Assembly (NCBI GenBank): GCA_036172245.1
Contig: JAYWIR010000016.1
Span: forward strand, 806,001-870,000
Length of the DNA: 64,000 nucleotides
Direction: 5' to 3'
Source of the DNA: Raillietiella orientalis
Taxonomy: Eukaryota
The notes under the pieces were generated by a model. It did not search any database and had not been told where the DNA came from. It saw only the letters and a list, made by a program, of their open reading frames with translations. This document shows, piece by piece, positions 50,905-64,000 of the stretch. Position 1 is the stretch's first letter; each line of letters begins with the position of its first letter. A program made the position numbers and the translations under genes.

Positions 50905-53219
50905 CTTGCGGGGGGGAACTAAAAGTTCACGCGTGCGAGATGGGTGCCAACTCCTTTCCCCTCGTTCCCTCCGCCTTCAAAGCCGGCCGAAAGCACCCGG
51001 TTGCCCCCCTTCCGCGCACGGCGAAGTACCATCGAAGAGACCCCGACCCGAGGATATTCCGCGCGAAAGAGCGAGACAAAACGAAAATGAGGATCGGCGG
51101 TCCTGTAGAAACGGTCGAAACGCTCCACTCGCATTGACCGGGGAGGACAAGGGAGGAAGGAGGAAGGCTTCTGGTCTCGTGAGGACGCGCCCGCTCACTC
51201 GGAGGCTGAGCGCTCGCGAGGTCATCGCAGTAACTCAAGCCAGCAAAGGCTCGTGCAAGATGCAAGCTCCCAGCCCTGATCCCACGCGCATCCGCCCGGT
51301 CGCGCTCGCAACTCACTGTGCGCTCAAACACGCGGGTGCACGTTTCCCTCACGAGTGCAATTGCGTAGGGGAACAGGCGGGACCGGGAGCGCTTTCCCCT
51401 GCTTCTCTACTTTTCGCAGCAGTTGTGGCTGCGGGGACCAAGGCGCTCATGGGGCCGAGGGAAGTGGGGTCAGCCACCGGCCGCCACTGCGCCTGCTACG
51501 GCGGTGCCTCTTGGCTCGCAGCAGCTCTCTCACCCCTACCCCAAAACGCCTAGCCCAGGGGCCGCCTTTCTCTCCCCTCGGTCTCCGAAGCGACCAGCTT
51601 CCGGAGCCTCGACCATGGCTTAGCGGACGGATTGCGGAGACTTTTTCGGCACGCGCCGCATGGACGGAGGTGCACGCCGCAGTGTCTTTCCGCGCGACGC
51701 CGGAGTGTGCGTCGGCGGACTCCGGCGTCGGCGGAAAGATACTGTTGGGGGTAGGGGAGGGGGGCAGCCGGAGGAGGAGAAAGCGTTCCGCTTTTCCTCC
51801 TCCGTCCTCCCTCGTCTCTCGCAAAAGCGGTCGACCTGCAAGGGAAAACGTCTCCTCTCCTGGAGGCATTTTTTCTCGAGGTGCTGTGTTGGGCGCGAGG
51901 GGAGGTGTCAGGCAGGGTGGCATCCCGAGTTGCCTCATGGGAGACTTTCGAAAAGGGGGAAGGGAGGGAGCATCCACCTCGTCCGCCTTCCCCTCTCCTC
52001 TCTCCAGCATCCGCCAACGAATCAGCACGCTCCCGTCTCCCGCGAGAGCAGCTTCCCTTTTCCTCCCGAGGAGCTGGGACGTGCTACCCTTCCTTCCCTT
52101 CCTTAGGCCTCGAGACTCCCGCGGAGAACGCGGGCACCTCAGCCTCTCAGCTTTCCGACCATGCTTCTCTAGACGTCTGTCCCGATACCGGTTGATCGCT
52201 GAGGTCGCTCCCTGGATGGGTTCTTTCCTTCCTCTCGCCTTTTTGCGCCTTCCCCCTTTCTCTGCCGGACCTTCTCCAGAAACTTCTGCATCCGATTATC
52301 CCCTTTTTCCCCTCCATCCACGATGCGCTTTAGAGGAGCCAGCGTGTTGCCGTTAGCGACCACAGGTTGTTGCGAGTCGCACCGGAAGCGGACTTTGGGA
52401 ACGCTTCTCCGGGGAGGATTAGTGGGTTTCTGCTTTCTTCTCCCGAGGATTTGGAAAGAAAGGAAGGGAAAGTCCCCTTTCCTCCCACCCTCATACTTTG
52501 CAGATCGGACTGCGGCCGAGATAACTGCAGGACGGAGGGTCAAAGACAAGTGCCGCTCGACGAGAAGCGCCGAAGGGAGCGCCTGCCGCAGCCCGCGGAC
52601 CGAATCCTCCGCCGTGCTCGTTGCTCTGGCACGCGCACATCGCGGCGGCGGTGTTCGTCCTCCTGCGGCTCCCGGCATGATTCTGGCTGGAGGGAGGGGA
52701 ACACGTGATAGGCTAGCGCGCTAGTGGCGCTTCACGCGGGAGGAGCTGCTTGCGTACCCTTTAGGCAGATGTTCCTCCACTCGCCTCCAAGCAGAGACAC
52801 GCGGACGCCGATCCCTATGCAAGGGCAAGAGGAAGCGCCATTTTACCACTCACCTATCCGGGAAAGCTAAGAAAGGATGCAGCACGAGCGGTGGCAGAGG
52901 CAGCAGCAACATTGGAAGATGAGGTCGTCCAGAAAAACGCTTGGGGGGGCTTGGAAGCCAAGTGCGGGGGCCGGAGGCCAAAGAAACTGTCAAAGGAATC
53001 GGTCGGTCGCATGCACCTTTGCTGGGTATGCGCCAAGAGAGGTCGTCACTTCAAGCGGATCCCCTCCGTGCTCCAGGCGTACTGACCTTCTAATGAAGCT
53101 TCCCAGCCTGCCGACGAGGCCGAAAAGATTTTGGTAGAAACTGGACATTTTCGGAATCAGGTATCAGAAGAAGGGAAGGAAAGGTCAGAGAGCTTTGTTG
53201 AGCTTGAAACAACTAAAGG

Positions 53220-54436
53220 GAAAAGGTGTAAGTTTGCACACAAACACGCAAAAATGAAGTCGTTCTCATGACAACAAGATTTTTCAGGAAGGCGAGCCGG
53301 ACTGGACACGGAAACCACACTGATTCCCATTCCGTACCTACGCCGGACGGTTCTGGAGCCATGACCTTCGTTTTCCCCAGTCCGACATGCTGTGTGCTGA
53401 ATTTATCTTCTACTTTCGTTCATGCAAGTGTTGGTCAATGTCATTGGTTTTCACTTTCAAAGTTGGTCTTCGGGCATCCAGTCGATGAGTTTGCGTGGGT
53501 AATTCACTCACATGACAAGGCTCCTGAGTCCTTTGCAGGATGTAACAGTACGTCCAAGCGGGAATGCGTCCACAACTTCCGATGCCGATTTCCCTTTTAA
53601 CTACACCTTTCAGTATTTCAACAGCCGGCACACTGTGGATTCCGGTCCTCCTTTTTGCCCTTCTTACCACGCTGCTCGTGATAAACAGGGCGATCGTGAT
53701 GCGGACCATCGGGTTGTATCGAGGAACGTTGCCGTTCCCTTCAAACATCCCTGCCAGGATCTCCATCTTGTCCGTCCTCTGCAGGCCTTGGCCCAGTCCC
53801 GGCGCAGCGTCCTGGCAGGTGAGCACGTGGGGTTGCGTTTCCTTGGCTCCACAGGCCTTGCATATCTCTTCTTGCGCGTCCCCTGACCAGTGTCTCGCCC
53901 CCGTGCCGCTCAGGATGCCTCCGTGATAAAACAGCAGGTGGTCACCTTCAGTGTCGGGTGGTAGATCGCTCGTCCAGACCGTGGTCCCAACCTCCAGCAG
54001 GTTCATCTGTCGGCGCCCGTAGCGGCTGACGGCCACAGACAGAGCGTCGTCCTCGTCGGGATTCTTCTTCGCTGCTTCTCGGATGTTTCGTCTGGTGATC
54101 AGGCGCCAGCATTCGGATTCCTGATTTCTGCAGAGCTCTCGATCTTTGTGGGTAAATCTTTCTATCGTTTTCTTGGTGGGGTGGATCAGTCGCATTTTCT
54201 GGCGATCGTCACTGGTTTCAAACTGCTCGCAGTCCTTGATGGTCCTGTTTGGCCTGTCGAACATCCACCTTCTGGTGTCCCAAGGGACGCTCAGGAAGCA
54301 TGGGATGATCTTTGCCAGTTCGTGCCGGCGCTATTTTGAGTTCGTGGGTGTTCCCCAGTGCTTGCTTGCGCTTCCAAGCGGGATCGATGCTTCGCCACTG
54401 TCCTTGTTTGCCTATTAGGGCGGACATCAGACCTCT
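53220..54436 (-). mobile_element. Duplicated 3' part of element A
   Basis: 284-aa ORF 53410-54264 with CKACGAKETQPHVLTC; near-identical to 40500-41715. Confidence 0.9.
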
Positions 54437-54448
54437 CGAACCTCAGAC

Positions 54449-54500
54449 CTCTTCCAAATCTTTAAACTTGCTAGCTCGATGTTGGGTGGAGAGATGATGA
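54449..54500 (+). repeat. 52-bp direct repeat at the right flank of duplication copy 2
   Basis: ctcttccaaatctttaaacttgctagctcgatgttgggtggagagatgatga; 49/52 identical to 48023-48074. Confidence 0.9.
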
Positions 54501-56877
54501 AACAAAGTTTTCGAGAATCAGAACATGGTGATTGGCTTTGTGCACTTCTCACATTCTTCCGGCCATCTGAACACCATGAGTCCTGGGATGTGGCATTCAG
54601 ATCGACGGACGGAAGACAGAACAGAATGCTGGCAAGAAGACAAGCGATGACGCGTGTAGAGAAATAGATAAACGTGCACAGAAATGTTGCCGAGAAGACA
54701 TTGGGCCAAAATTCATAATTGCTGAACCCATGACAGGTTGTGCATTCCTGATTTCGTAACGAATATTCAGTCCGTGACATCGTTTGGAATTTTAAGGGAT
54801 GGGCATTCGAGCCGATGCCTTATCCACGGGTAATCGTGATAAGAGTGTGTCGTATGTACTGAAGATAAGAGTAGCTCTTTAATCGGAATCTTTTGTCAGC
54901 GAAGTATTCATTTATATTTCGCGGGGAATTTTTTCGTATTTACTCTCTAGTGTTCGTGTTTATCGATTCCATTAAAATGTGTACGTTCGAAAAAAAAAAA
55001 AAAAGGTACGGTTGTAACGAAGCTATATTTCCTTTACATAAATTCAAACTCTATTTTAAAGAAAAAGACAATTGAAAGTTCATGGCATTCTGCCTACAGA
55101 TCGAGTAAAAAAGTTGCTTGTAGCTGAGTTGATTAGGAGTGCTATCGGCATTCATAACAGAATACTGAAGATTCTGAGCAGATGCTTCTTCAGGACGTTT
55201 TTAGGGCTTCCATGGATACGATATGATTTACAAGATGATCATCTAAGTATCCTTGCGCAGACCATAGATGCTTTTGTCGACAACTGGTTACCATTGCTGT
55301 TAGCTATAGTTGGAAAATTTAGCATTTCTGATTTTCTTACACAATGCATGAGTATTCATGTTTTTGTTTTAGGGGAGGAAAGGAAAGAAGAAGGAAAAAA
55401 ATCAACTGTCTGCAATATTTTGAAAGTGTAGAATCTATAATGAAATAGTTTACCGAGAATTCATTCTTTCCACTGGTCTTAGGGTAAAAAAAATTCTAAT
55501 TCATCATTCTTTGATTTATGATTGAAGCATCTTCGGGTATCAGGAAATTCTAATCAGAACCGGAATAATGATGGAATTTTGGTGGCAAATATCGGGAGGG
55601 GGGGGGGGGGGGAGAGAACAGATTCACGTGCAAAAACGCAACTCGGGCAAACGTCGTTTGAATTAAAATTCATTTCGTATTCATTATTCATCTTGAATCT
55701 TCTGTAAGACGCTCTTCCTGTATATTCTCGTAAGATAATTGAAAATAAATTCTGTACAAATTGCATTGCTCGTACAGAATTCAACAACATTAAATCGGAC
55801 ACAGAGAAAATGGCCATAGCGATTTTCACTCTAAAAGTCCTTCCACCAGTACATCTTTTACATTAATTTGGTGAGCATTGTCACACACCACAAGTAGTAA
55901 GATACTCAGAAATCAGTTTCCTTGTAAGCATAAACGTATTCTAATTTGACATTTGATATGTTTTTATAGATTTAGAAATCTCTGAATTATTCTCCTATCT
56001 ATCCGTAACTTCTTAAGTCCAAAAAAAATTACGGCAGGATAAAATGCATCCATTATTTCCTTGGATTGTGACAGGTTGTTGAGATATATATAGAAACAAT
56101 TAAGAATTTAGTAATAAATGGAAGTTTCTTACGAAGGAACAAATATACACGAGAACTGTGTTTTTGAACTGCTTGTAACATTTTTATAAATGAAAGCATT
56201 AAAATAAGGGAAAAGGGAAATAAGCAATCTTTGACATCACACATTGCTTATTTGAGAAACACTGTTGGTAGATTTGTTTTTGCAATTACACGGAGACATC
56301 CATTCAAAATTTGGCTTTAAGACTCTATAGTGTCTTAAAGTCGGATTTTGTTTCTAAGGTTTGTGATGCTTCGATCACAGTTTTGTGCCTCTAGTCACAT
56401 CTTTATGAATAATTGTGTGTTTGCATTGTTTTCAAAGAAAAGAAGCGTGGCTGAAAGTTTCGAATGTTTCCTTTGAATTGAAACCCGTGAATAAATACTC
56501 ATCCATCAAATTCAAAAAAGTTTGCAGCTCTCGCACGTTACGTCATGGTGGCACCATCCTGGAATTTCTGTGGCGTTTCATCTGGTCGTCCGAAGTGTGA
56601 ATCATGACATGCTGTGGTTGTAAATAAACGCTCATCAAATGTAGCATATGGATAACTCTAGGATGAACTGTTTTAATTTATGCACAAATATATCGTTTAA
56701 AAAATTTATCTTTCGGGAATACGTAACGGCAACAGTTGATGTTCGGGAGTGTATCTCGTTAAACCAAATTCCATATTTGGCCTGTGAATGTGTAACTGAA
56801 CGAACAAAATTTTTGATAATTATGTCATTTGGGTATTGTTTCCCGTCTCTCTAATTATTTATAACCGATTATTTTAG

Positions 56878-57829
56878 GCAGTTAGTCTTCAACCGTATTT
56901 AACAGCTGTGAGGCATACCTTGACAGCTGCCATGTGCCTACAAAATTTTCCATCACAGATTGTAGGAGCACAAACTAAACCAGAAGTTGAACTTAGGTAA
57001 CAGTAAATAAGTGGCTTTTTATCAAAGTTAATTCCACCAAATATCATGTTTTCTGTGAGGATGTGAAAGTGTTTTGTGTTGTGTTAAGACTGCAATGTAG
57101 ATTCAGTGTATGGTAGCATTCACTGAGATGCTTTTTCAGCGAACCAAAAGAGAAAAAGCAAGTTCTATTTTGGTTTACTGATGCGTCTCCATCTAATGGG
57201 AATGAAACCAATTCAATTTATGGTTTAGTAGTAAACCAATAAATGGCAAAATACATCTTAAAAAATTCAAATTGTAAATATGGTCAAAATTATTGTGAAA
57301 AGATTTGTATGTGAACAAAAATCACTTGTATTTTTTGTCTTTCTCTTAAGAAATAGTAAGGAGCTTCTTTTAAATCCAGTTCTTATTACTCGTAATGACA
57401 CTGAAAAAGTACTTATTGAATCATCAATCAATTCTTTACGTGTCAGCATTGCCTTTAAACAAGCTGATGAAATTGAGCGAATTTTGTTAAACAAATTTGC
57501 CAACATGATGATGAAACGGGCAGAAAGTTTTTTTATTTTAAGAAGGAAGCCTGTCAAAGTAATGTTACCAATATTTCCACCATATAATAATAATTTCATT
57601 AGGGATATAATATTAGCTTTTTGATCACTAACTTCCACACAGAGCAGATGTATAAACATAAATTGATAGACTTCATTATTCAATTCATGGAAGAGATCAG
57701 CAAGGAAATCTCCGAAATGAAAATAAATGTCAATGCACGTTTTCGCATTTGTGCTGGAGAGTTCCTAAAGATAGTAAGTCATTACAGTGCATTACTTAAT
57801 ATTGAAATCTGAATTTTTAGTTTGACTGA
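56878..57829 (+). CDS. ARPC4: Actin-related protein 2/3 complex subunit 4 (p20-Arc)
   Basis: Exons 56878-56996, 57351-57558, 57603-57773 and 57821-57829 encode [15 protein letters not shown]...[54 protein letters not shown]. The ATG-only first exon is not certain; a candidate ATG|gt lies at 56545-56547. Confidence 0.96.
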
Positions 57830-57915
57830 TATTGCAAGAATGCATGTTTCAATTATGAATTTATTTTATCCAAGTTGATAATAAAATAATCCTTGGGTTT
57901 ACAAAAACTGGATTA

Positions 57916-60900
57916 TCATAATGTGGGAAAATACTTATGTAGGAGAGACAGACACGTTTCATAACCAAGAAAACATGCTGCATTAGCAGGGAACGCCCTT
58001 AGTAACACAGGAGTGAGTCCTTTATATAAAGACCGTATTCCTTCTTCCTTGATCAATTGTTTGAACACATCACGCATTCCTTTGGGATATGTTCCTTCAG
58101 GAGCTATGAGAGGTGCTTGTTATATATCTCTGCAAGAGTTCCTCACCAGTCTGCAACCGTGATTTCAACACATCCGGAGGAATAGCTATTAGCCAATTCA
58201 ACATACCAGCCATACCTCCAGCAAACAAGATTCGACTAGGACTGAGATCATGACTTGATGAACCAGGAGGAGCTAGGACTTTCCTTAACCATTCATATGA
58301 CATAAAGTATACTCCACTGGCTGGCATATCTATAGAGTACAAGACTACATTGGTTGGGGCTTAACATATTAAAATGGTAAACATTTACTTTTTTACATTT
58401 TGTCACCAAACTTGCATACAAATTTTTTTTAATAGAATTTTTTGTTGTGCATGAATGCTTTGTAAATATAAGATTATTTGTGATATGAATTAACGATTTA
58501 AGTTTCCAAAGGTTCCATTTCATTTCTCTATGTTACAGAAAACCTGTTTTCTTTTTTTTCAGATACTCTTTTTAACCAAGGTTGTATCTAACTGTTTCAC
58601 TCACCTGTTTGGTTTTGGGGGTTATACATACTTGTAACATGAATAAGTTTGCAGCTTTTCAACATGAATAAGTTTGCAGCTTTTCATGCAGATCATTGTA
58701 GGAACAGTATTGAAAATATAGCGTTGTTTCCTTTAATTTTGGCATCAAAATTTTTTTTATTGTTTGCTTGCTTGTGATCACTTGAAAGCATGTTATCATT
58801 TGGGGAGTTTCAGTTGAAATGCCTTATTATCAACTAACAAACTTTGGACTGATTTTAGACATGTTAACTGTGTCTGCTTATAAAATTCAGTTGAACTTCC
58901 ATGCTGTTTATCTTCAAACATTTAATCATACATATCCTTCTCACAGTGAAATCACCAAATGATTTCCAGACAACTCTGCAAATCCTTTCTTAATCTGGTA
59001 GCATTCATTGTTAGAATAAGAATAAATTTTTTCATGTGATAAGATAAAGATCATCTTCATATTGAAGATTAATATCAAAGCAACAATAATAAAAATCTGC
59101 TTAAAGTTCATTACTGTATTCAAAACATAAATTATTAGTTCCATTATTGTATGAATTCGTTAATAAAGCAATGTTGAAATTTTTTTTTAACATGTTCTGA
59201 TTTCATTTTAAGAACATTCTCACTTTTCTGTATTTTGAAGGCAAATATACTGAAGTCTGTGTTTCTGAAAAGTGCTTTGAAGCAGGAATAACATAATCAA
59301 TTTGTGCTGCTTTGTCAATCAAGGTAACTTTCTGTAATCTTTTTTACTTTTCTGGATGAAAAGTAAAAAAGATACATGCATTACTTTAGCAAATACTGAT
59401 GCCGTTTTCCTTCTGCACTCTGTTTTTTAGTTTTTCAACAGAGTTGAGGTCTTTGAAAATTATTAATCCATGAAGACATCTGATTTGGTTCACACAGTCA
59501 TATACACATGTGAATTGACAAAATTTTCCCTTCTCCTTGCAACTTTCTCGAGATTGAGTATAAATCTTAATTCTGATCAGCAGTAACAGCCTGTTTCTCA
59601 TACTCACACTTGTTTTAGATGTTTATGAATTTATTTAGTGCTTATGTAGGCACATGCATATTTCAAAATTTTTAACAAAAACTGCTTGCGTTTTCTGCAT
59701 ATTTTTTCTTCTGTTCGGTTCAGTTTGAGCAACAACCAGTGAAAAGGGAAGAAGATCAAAGGAGTATAACATCACATTAATATCTTCATTAGAAATGCAA
59801 AGTTTTTTACGAGTACTAATAGGATACTGTTCAAGAAATCAAAACTTTAAACTGTGGTGAAAAGCATGAAGACTGATCATGATGAAAAACACTTTATTCA
59901 TCACAACAGTTCATAACATTCACATTCTATGTTCATTGTATATACCATGAGTGCTAGCAGTCAATTTATACTTTCTCTCAAAAACATGGGAAACACTGCA
60001 AAAAACAAGCAAAAAAAAAAAAAAAACAGAAGCAGACTCAAATCAGACTTTTGGAAATGTTCTTCCTTGAAGAAGAGAAAAATTTTTTTATCAAGACTGT
60101 AAATTAAGAAGAGAACCATTATGATAAATGTAAACCAATTAAAAAGGAGTTGCACACTTGAGAATTGTATGACTTGACATTTTGGTCAAAAGATACAACA
60201 GAAGTCAGGGCTATATACTTATTCTGGGCAATAAATCGTACAGTAATGTTCTGAATGTGGATTCTGAAGTGAATCTGAAGGAGCAAAGGCAGATATATCA
60301 AAGAAAAAAAAAAAAATACCCAGAATATACAAAAGGGTGAAAAATAGTCTATTGACAGTTCTGTATATGTTTCTGCATAACACTGGAAAATAAACAGAAA
60401 AGATCTTGATGGGAAGGAATTATAATTAGTGTACAACTGATGGTGTAATGAGGATTCCAAGAATGAAGGATGAGTCTCTGTAAACTTAACAAAATTAGTG
60501 AACAAAATTGAAATAGACAAAGTATGTAATTTGAGTATTGTCATTGGAATTGGGGGACAAGGATTGCATAAGTAATTGGAAGTCATAATAGCACTTTTAG
60601 GGGGCAGTTAATTATCTTTAAAGCACAAAACTTAGTGCTGTATTCAAATATGAAAACAAGAATTAAAAATACACACATATAAATGGTTTAACAAAATTAC
60701 TTGAAAGCATTACCAAAAAGCACTTCAAATAAAAAACAAGCTCAAAACAATCATAGGGATGTAATGCTCTCAAGTGAATGTATCCAAACATGAAAAAAAT
60801 TTACATGAAATTTAAATTTGATGATGACCAAGAATTCACTTCTTTGATGGAGATATTGACATGTGACTTATGCAAAAAAACCTTAGAATTATAGATGAAA

Positions 60901-62450
60901 GATACATGAATTCTACAAATCAAGAAAATTAATAGATGCATAAATACAAGAAAGTCAACAACAGTAGTCCTCAGCATTCAAAAAATGAAATTGTTTTCAA
61001 AAGATGGGGAATTTCAAGATACTTACGTTATTTTTATGGGAATATACTATTGTGTTTTGTAGGTATCATAAATGAAGCAGAAGTTGAAAAACTCCAGCAG
61101 AAAATAATGCACAAATAAAGTTCGGTTACCTGAATTTATACAAGAGAAAAAAGATGAAAATGATCTTGGAAGAGACAATCATGAACACAATGCATTGTTA
61201 TGTTAATTCGCTTATTGCATGTACTCCTCTGCTATCTGTAAACATTCATGTATCAAACTCACCTCGAAGAAGAGTAGCACAAGTTCCCTTAAACAGACTC
61301 TTCACCCCACCTACTTTATATAACTTAAGTATAAGATCCAGTGGACCAGCATACTTTGCTGATCCATTCTGATGTTGTACCTATGAATAAAATCAGTAGA
61401 GGAATACTACATTTTCCATTACTTGAAGAAGGCACTTTATCCTTTCTCCTGGAGCCATAATTGCAGTTGTAAAGACTCCTGACAGCATACCAGCTGCAAA
61501 CAACTGCAAACTACTTAGTTCAGTTTCTGGAGTTGTTTGTTGTAGTTTTTTACCAAGACCAAATCCAAAAAAACACACTGAGAATATTGGGGTGATTCCA
61601 ACAAGGGGAGCAGCCATGCCTAAGGTTGCAATAAAGTTTTTATGTTGCTTTTCCTATTTCAGAGAACAAATAATTTACTTAGTGCAATAGTATTTAATTC
61701 CTAACAGTCACACATAAACGAATAACAAAATTCACTAACATTTGGTAACATAGCTGCAGAATTACCTTCTGAATCAAAAATAATATTCTGCCCTAAAAGT
61801 CTATTTGTAACTTCTTAAAGAAAAATTTACAACTCAACTGCTAAGCATCACCACAGAATATTATTTTTGATTTAGAAATTAATTCTTCAGCTGTGTTCTT
61901 AAATTATTTGTAAATTCTTAAAGAAGAATTTACAGATCATTTACTCCCAACCATTTAATCATATTTTTTTTTTTTCCTCTAAGATTATTAAACAGTGGAA
62001 AAGTTTTAAGGAGGGCGCCAATTTTAATTGTAATTCCAATTAATCACGAAACAGTAAAAACGTTGACACATTGTTTTACCTTTATAAAATCCACGAAAAC
62101 CTTCACTTTTTACTATACTCAGTGCACAGTCAAGTGTTCCTTTGTATAATGGAGGATATGTACTTGGCATGGTCTGTAATCTTACCTGAGAACACAATCT
62201 TCCTTTAGAATGTTATTAAAACACAAAATTTAAGATCAAATTACTTTCGATATAGGAAAAAGTTTTGCTGCTTGAATTTGGATAACTTAATTCAATAGTT
62301 CAGATCTATAAATCAAATTTGTGCAAATGTGATCATGGACAGACATACCTTCAGTGTATCTAAAGGATGACCAGCGATTACTAAACAAATCCCTCCAGCA
62401 CCACCAGCAATGAAATTCTTAATTGGTGATGTTCGACTGGACTCAGCCAT
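57916..62450 (-). CDS. SLC25A20: Mitochondrial carnitine/acylcarnitine carrier (colt/CACT-like), 297 aa
   Basis: Exons 62450-62349, 62185-62080, 61619-61423, 61380-61263, 58329-58147 and 58103-57916 total 894 nt in frame. Three carrier repeats: [36 protein letters not shown]; also [11 protein letters not shown]. Confidence 0.95.
58636..58685. repeat. Perfect 25-bp tandem duplication in a carrier-gene intron
   Basis: aacatgaataagtttgcagcttttc x2. Confidence 0.95.
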
Positions 62451-63599
62451 TCTGAAATCATCACTGAGTAACCATGTGTACACACTGTACAAACACACAA
62501 TTGATCTTTTGAACAATGAACATTGAATCTTTCAAATACATTCAGCATAATATTTACGAGCAGCTCACGGATTATCACGACGGAAAACGAGAAATGCTCC
62601 CAATTTTTTTTTTCCAAAATTGTATCATAAGAAAACTTCGTCCCGGTTCTACAAGTCAGTTCTTTGTAAGTGCATGGCACAAATGCAAGCAATCTCCGGC
62701 ATCATTTTCAAAACCAACCCACATTAATAGCACTTGAAACCAGGAAAATACTCCTCACAAGATCATGACATATACCAGGAAACGAATCCTACAAAATCCC
62801 ATCGTCTAGACTAGGTCAAGTTGAACGGGGCTCGTGTAAACATTTTCGTACACTTTATGCGTACGATAAAAACGTACCTCACTTTTGCACCACGTCGAGG
62901 TAATGCTTGCTGATTGCAAAGGGCCACGTAAGGCACTCAGATAATACCTTTGGTGGTTAAGATGAGCTCTCGACCGTCATTCTGCAACCAAAAAACGCAA
63001 CCTTTCCGGCTCGTGCCACAGCCTTCTGCCGGAGGGGGGGGGGAAGGGGGGCATTCCACGAGCACAGTTCTCCCAGACAGGAATGCGAAAGCTTCGTTCT
63101 CCCTGAGATAGCTGATCAAAAACAAAAATAAGATCGTCGTCGTTCAACGTCTGCAGGCACCATCGGTCGACTTCGTTTCGGCTATGTCTTCTTGCGGGGA
63201 AATACACCCCAAGCCGACGACCACTTCCCCCACCTTCCGTGTTTCCGCGGCAAAAACGGAAGCTCTGTTCGAGTCCCTTTGGGGAGCACAGGGGGAGAAG
63301 GGTCGCACGCTTCCTCCAGCTTGGGGGTGACCACGGAGAGCACGCAGCAAGCTTCCTCGCGTGGTTCTCCTTCTCTCCCGTCCTCCCCGGCTCCACGCCG
63401 TCTGCATCCCTGCCGGTTGTTGGGATGTGCTAAACGCTCGGGAAGGAGAGCTTTCCAAGCTGCCCGCTCTCTTGGACCTGCAGCATCATCAATCCCTCAC
63501 TTGAAAGATCGGTCGGTCAAGGAGCCTGCCCTCCTCCAGCCCGTCGCTCTCGGATCGGGTCGAAGAGTTAGGGAGGCGGAACAAAGTTTGATCCGCCAG

Positions 63600-64000
63600 G
63601 CTTCAGGCTCTTCCACTGCTGACCCGACTCGACCCCATGGCTGTGTATGGTGACGGGGGAGGGTTAAAGGGTCCGTCGAGGACGCCTCTTCGCAGGATGC
63701 TGTGAAACCAAAATTCAGGAAAGCCTCCACATCGCCCAGCCCTCCGAGATGCTCTCGTACTACCGGATGGTATCCACAAGCGTACTCAGTTGAATACACG
63801 CTTCTGCAGATCGTACATTGCAATTTTAAACTTTCAAGAAACATCTTGATTCCTACAGCGACAATCTTTGCATGCATAAAGGATCTCAGATAATCCAAAA
63901 ATCTTCCGGCACCCGAGCGCGAAGTCCAACCTCGCCCTACACCCAATCTCCCTCAACCGGTCTTGAGCGGGGATGCCAAAAACGATTCCTGCTAAAAGCA
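63600..64000 (-). mobile_element. Decayed RT fragment at the window edge
   Basis: IAMYDLQKRVFN (DxxKAFD-like) and ILRRGVLDGP (RRGVRQG-like), with stops. Confidence 0.4.

Larger units (their letters stand above)
48073..54436. repeat. Segmental duplication, copy 2 (~6.4 kb)
   Basis: Direct-orientation copy of 35353-41715 that ends abruptly inside the retrotransposon ORF2 remnant. Confidence 0.97.

Noticed and set aside
50042..51553. Longest ORF in the track (503 aa, +) and its counterpart 37321-38187
   Set aside because: Antisense shadow of the OTULIN-like exons in GC-rich DNA; broken by a stop in copy 1; no recognisable domain.
55072..55431. 119-aa ORF as a host gene
   Set aside because: Non-ATG start, no exon partners found; FRTFLGLPW weakly suggests an old LINE remnant.
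1..64000. CRISPR array, rRNA or prokaryotic operon
   Set aside because: No regularly spaced repeats or rRNA-like sequence seen; the genes have spliceosomal introns.

Overview
Eukaryotic (invertebrate, probably arthropod) genomic DNA with spliced genes; no prokaryotic features seen. About 0-54.5 kb is GC- and CpG-rich and is mostly nested, decayed L1/Tx1-like non-LTR retrotransposon fragments plus one hAT-type MITE. That region also holds an intact GPI-anchored alkaline phosphatase gene (+, 23343-32619) and a ~6.4 kb segment present twice (35353-41715 and 48073-54436). Each copy of the segment carries a spliced minus-strand gene whose product aligns by eye with the OTULIN/FAM105 deubiquitinase fold but lacks all three catalytic residues. 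About 54.8-62.8 kb is AT-rich and holds two convergent housekeeping genes, ARPC4 (+) and a mitochondrial carnitine/acylcarnitine carrier (-), with 42-47 nt introns. The two most interesting signals are the duplicated, locally diverging OTULIN-like pseudoenzyme and a retrotransposon family whose copies end in a stem-loop plus AATAAACRYCCCGGC rather than poly(A). All homology calls are manual motif comparisons from memory; no searches were run, and TE boundaries are approximate.
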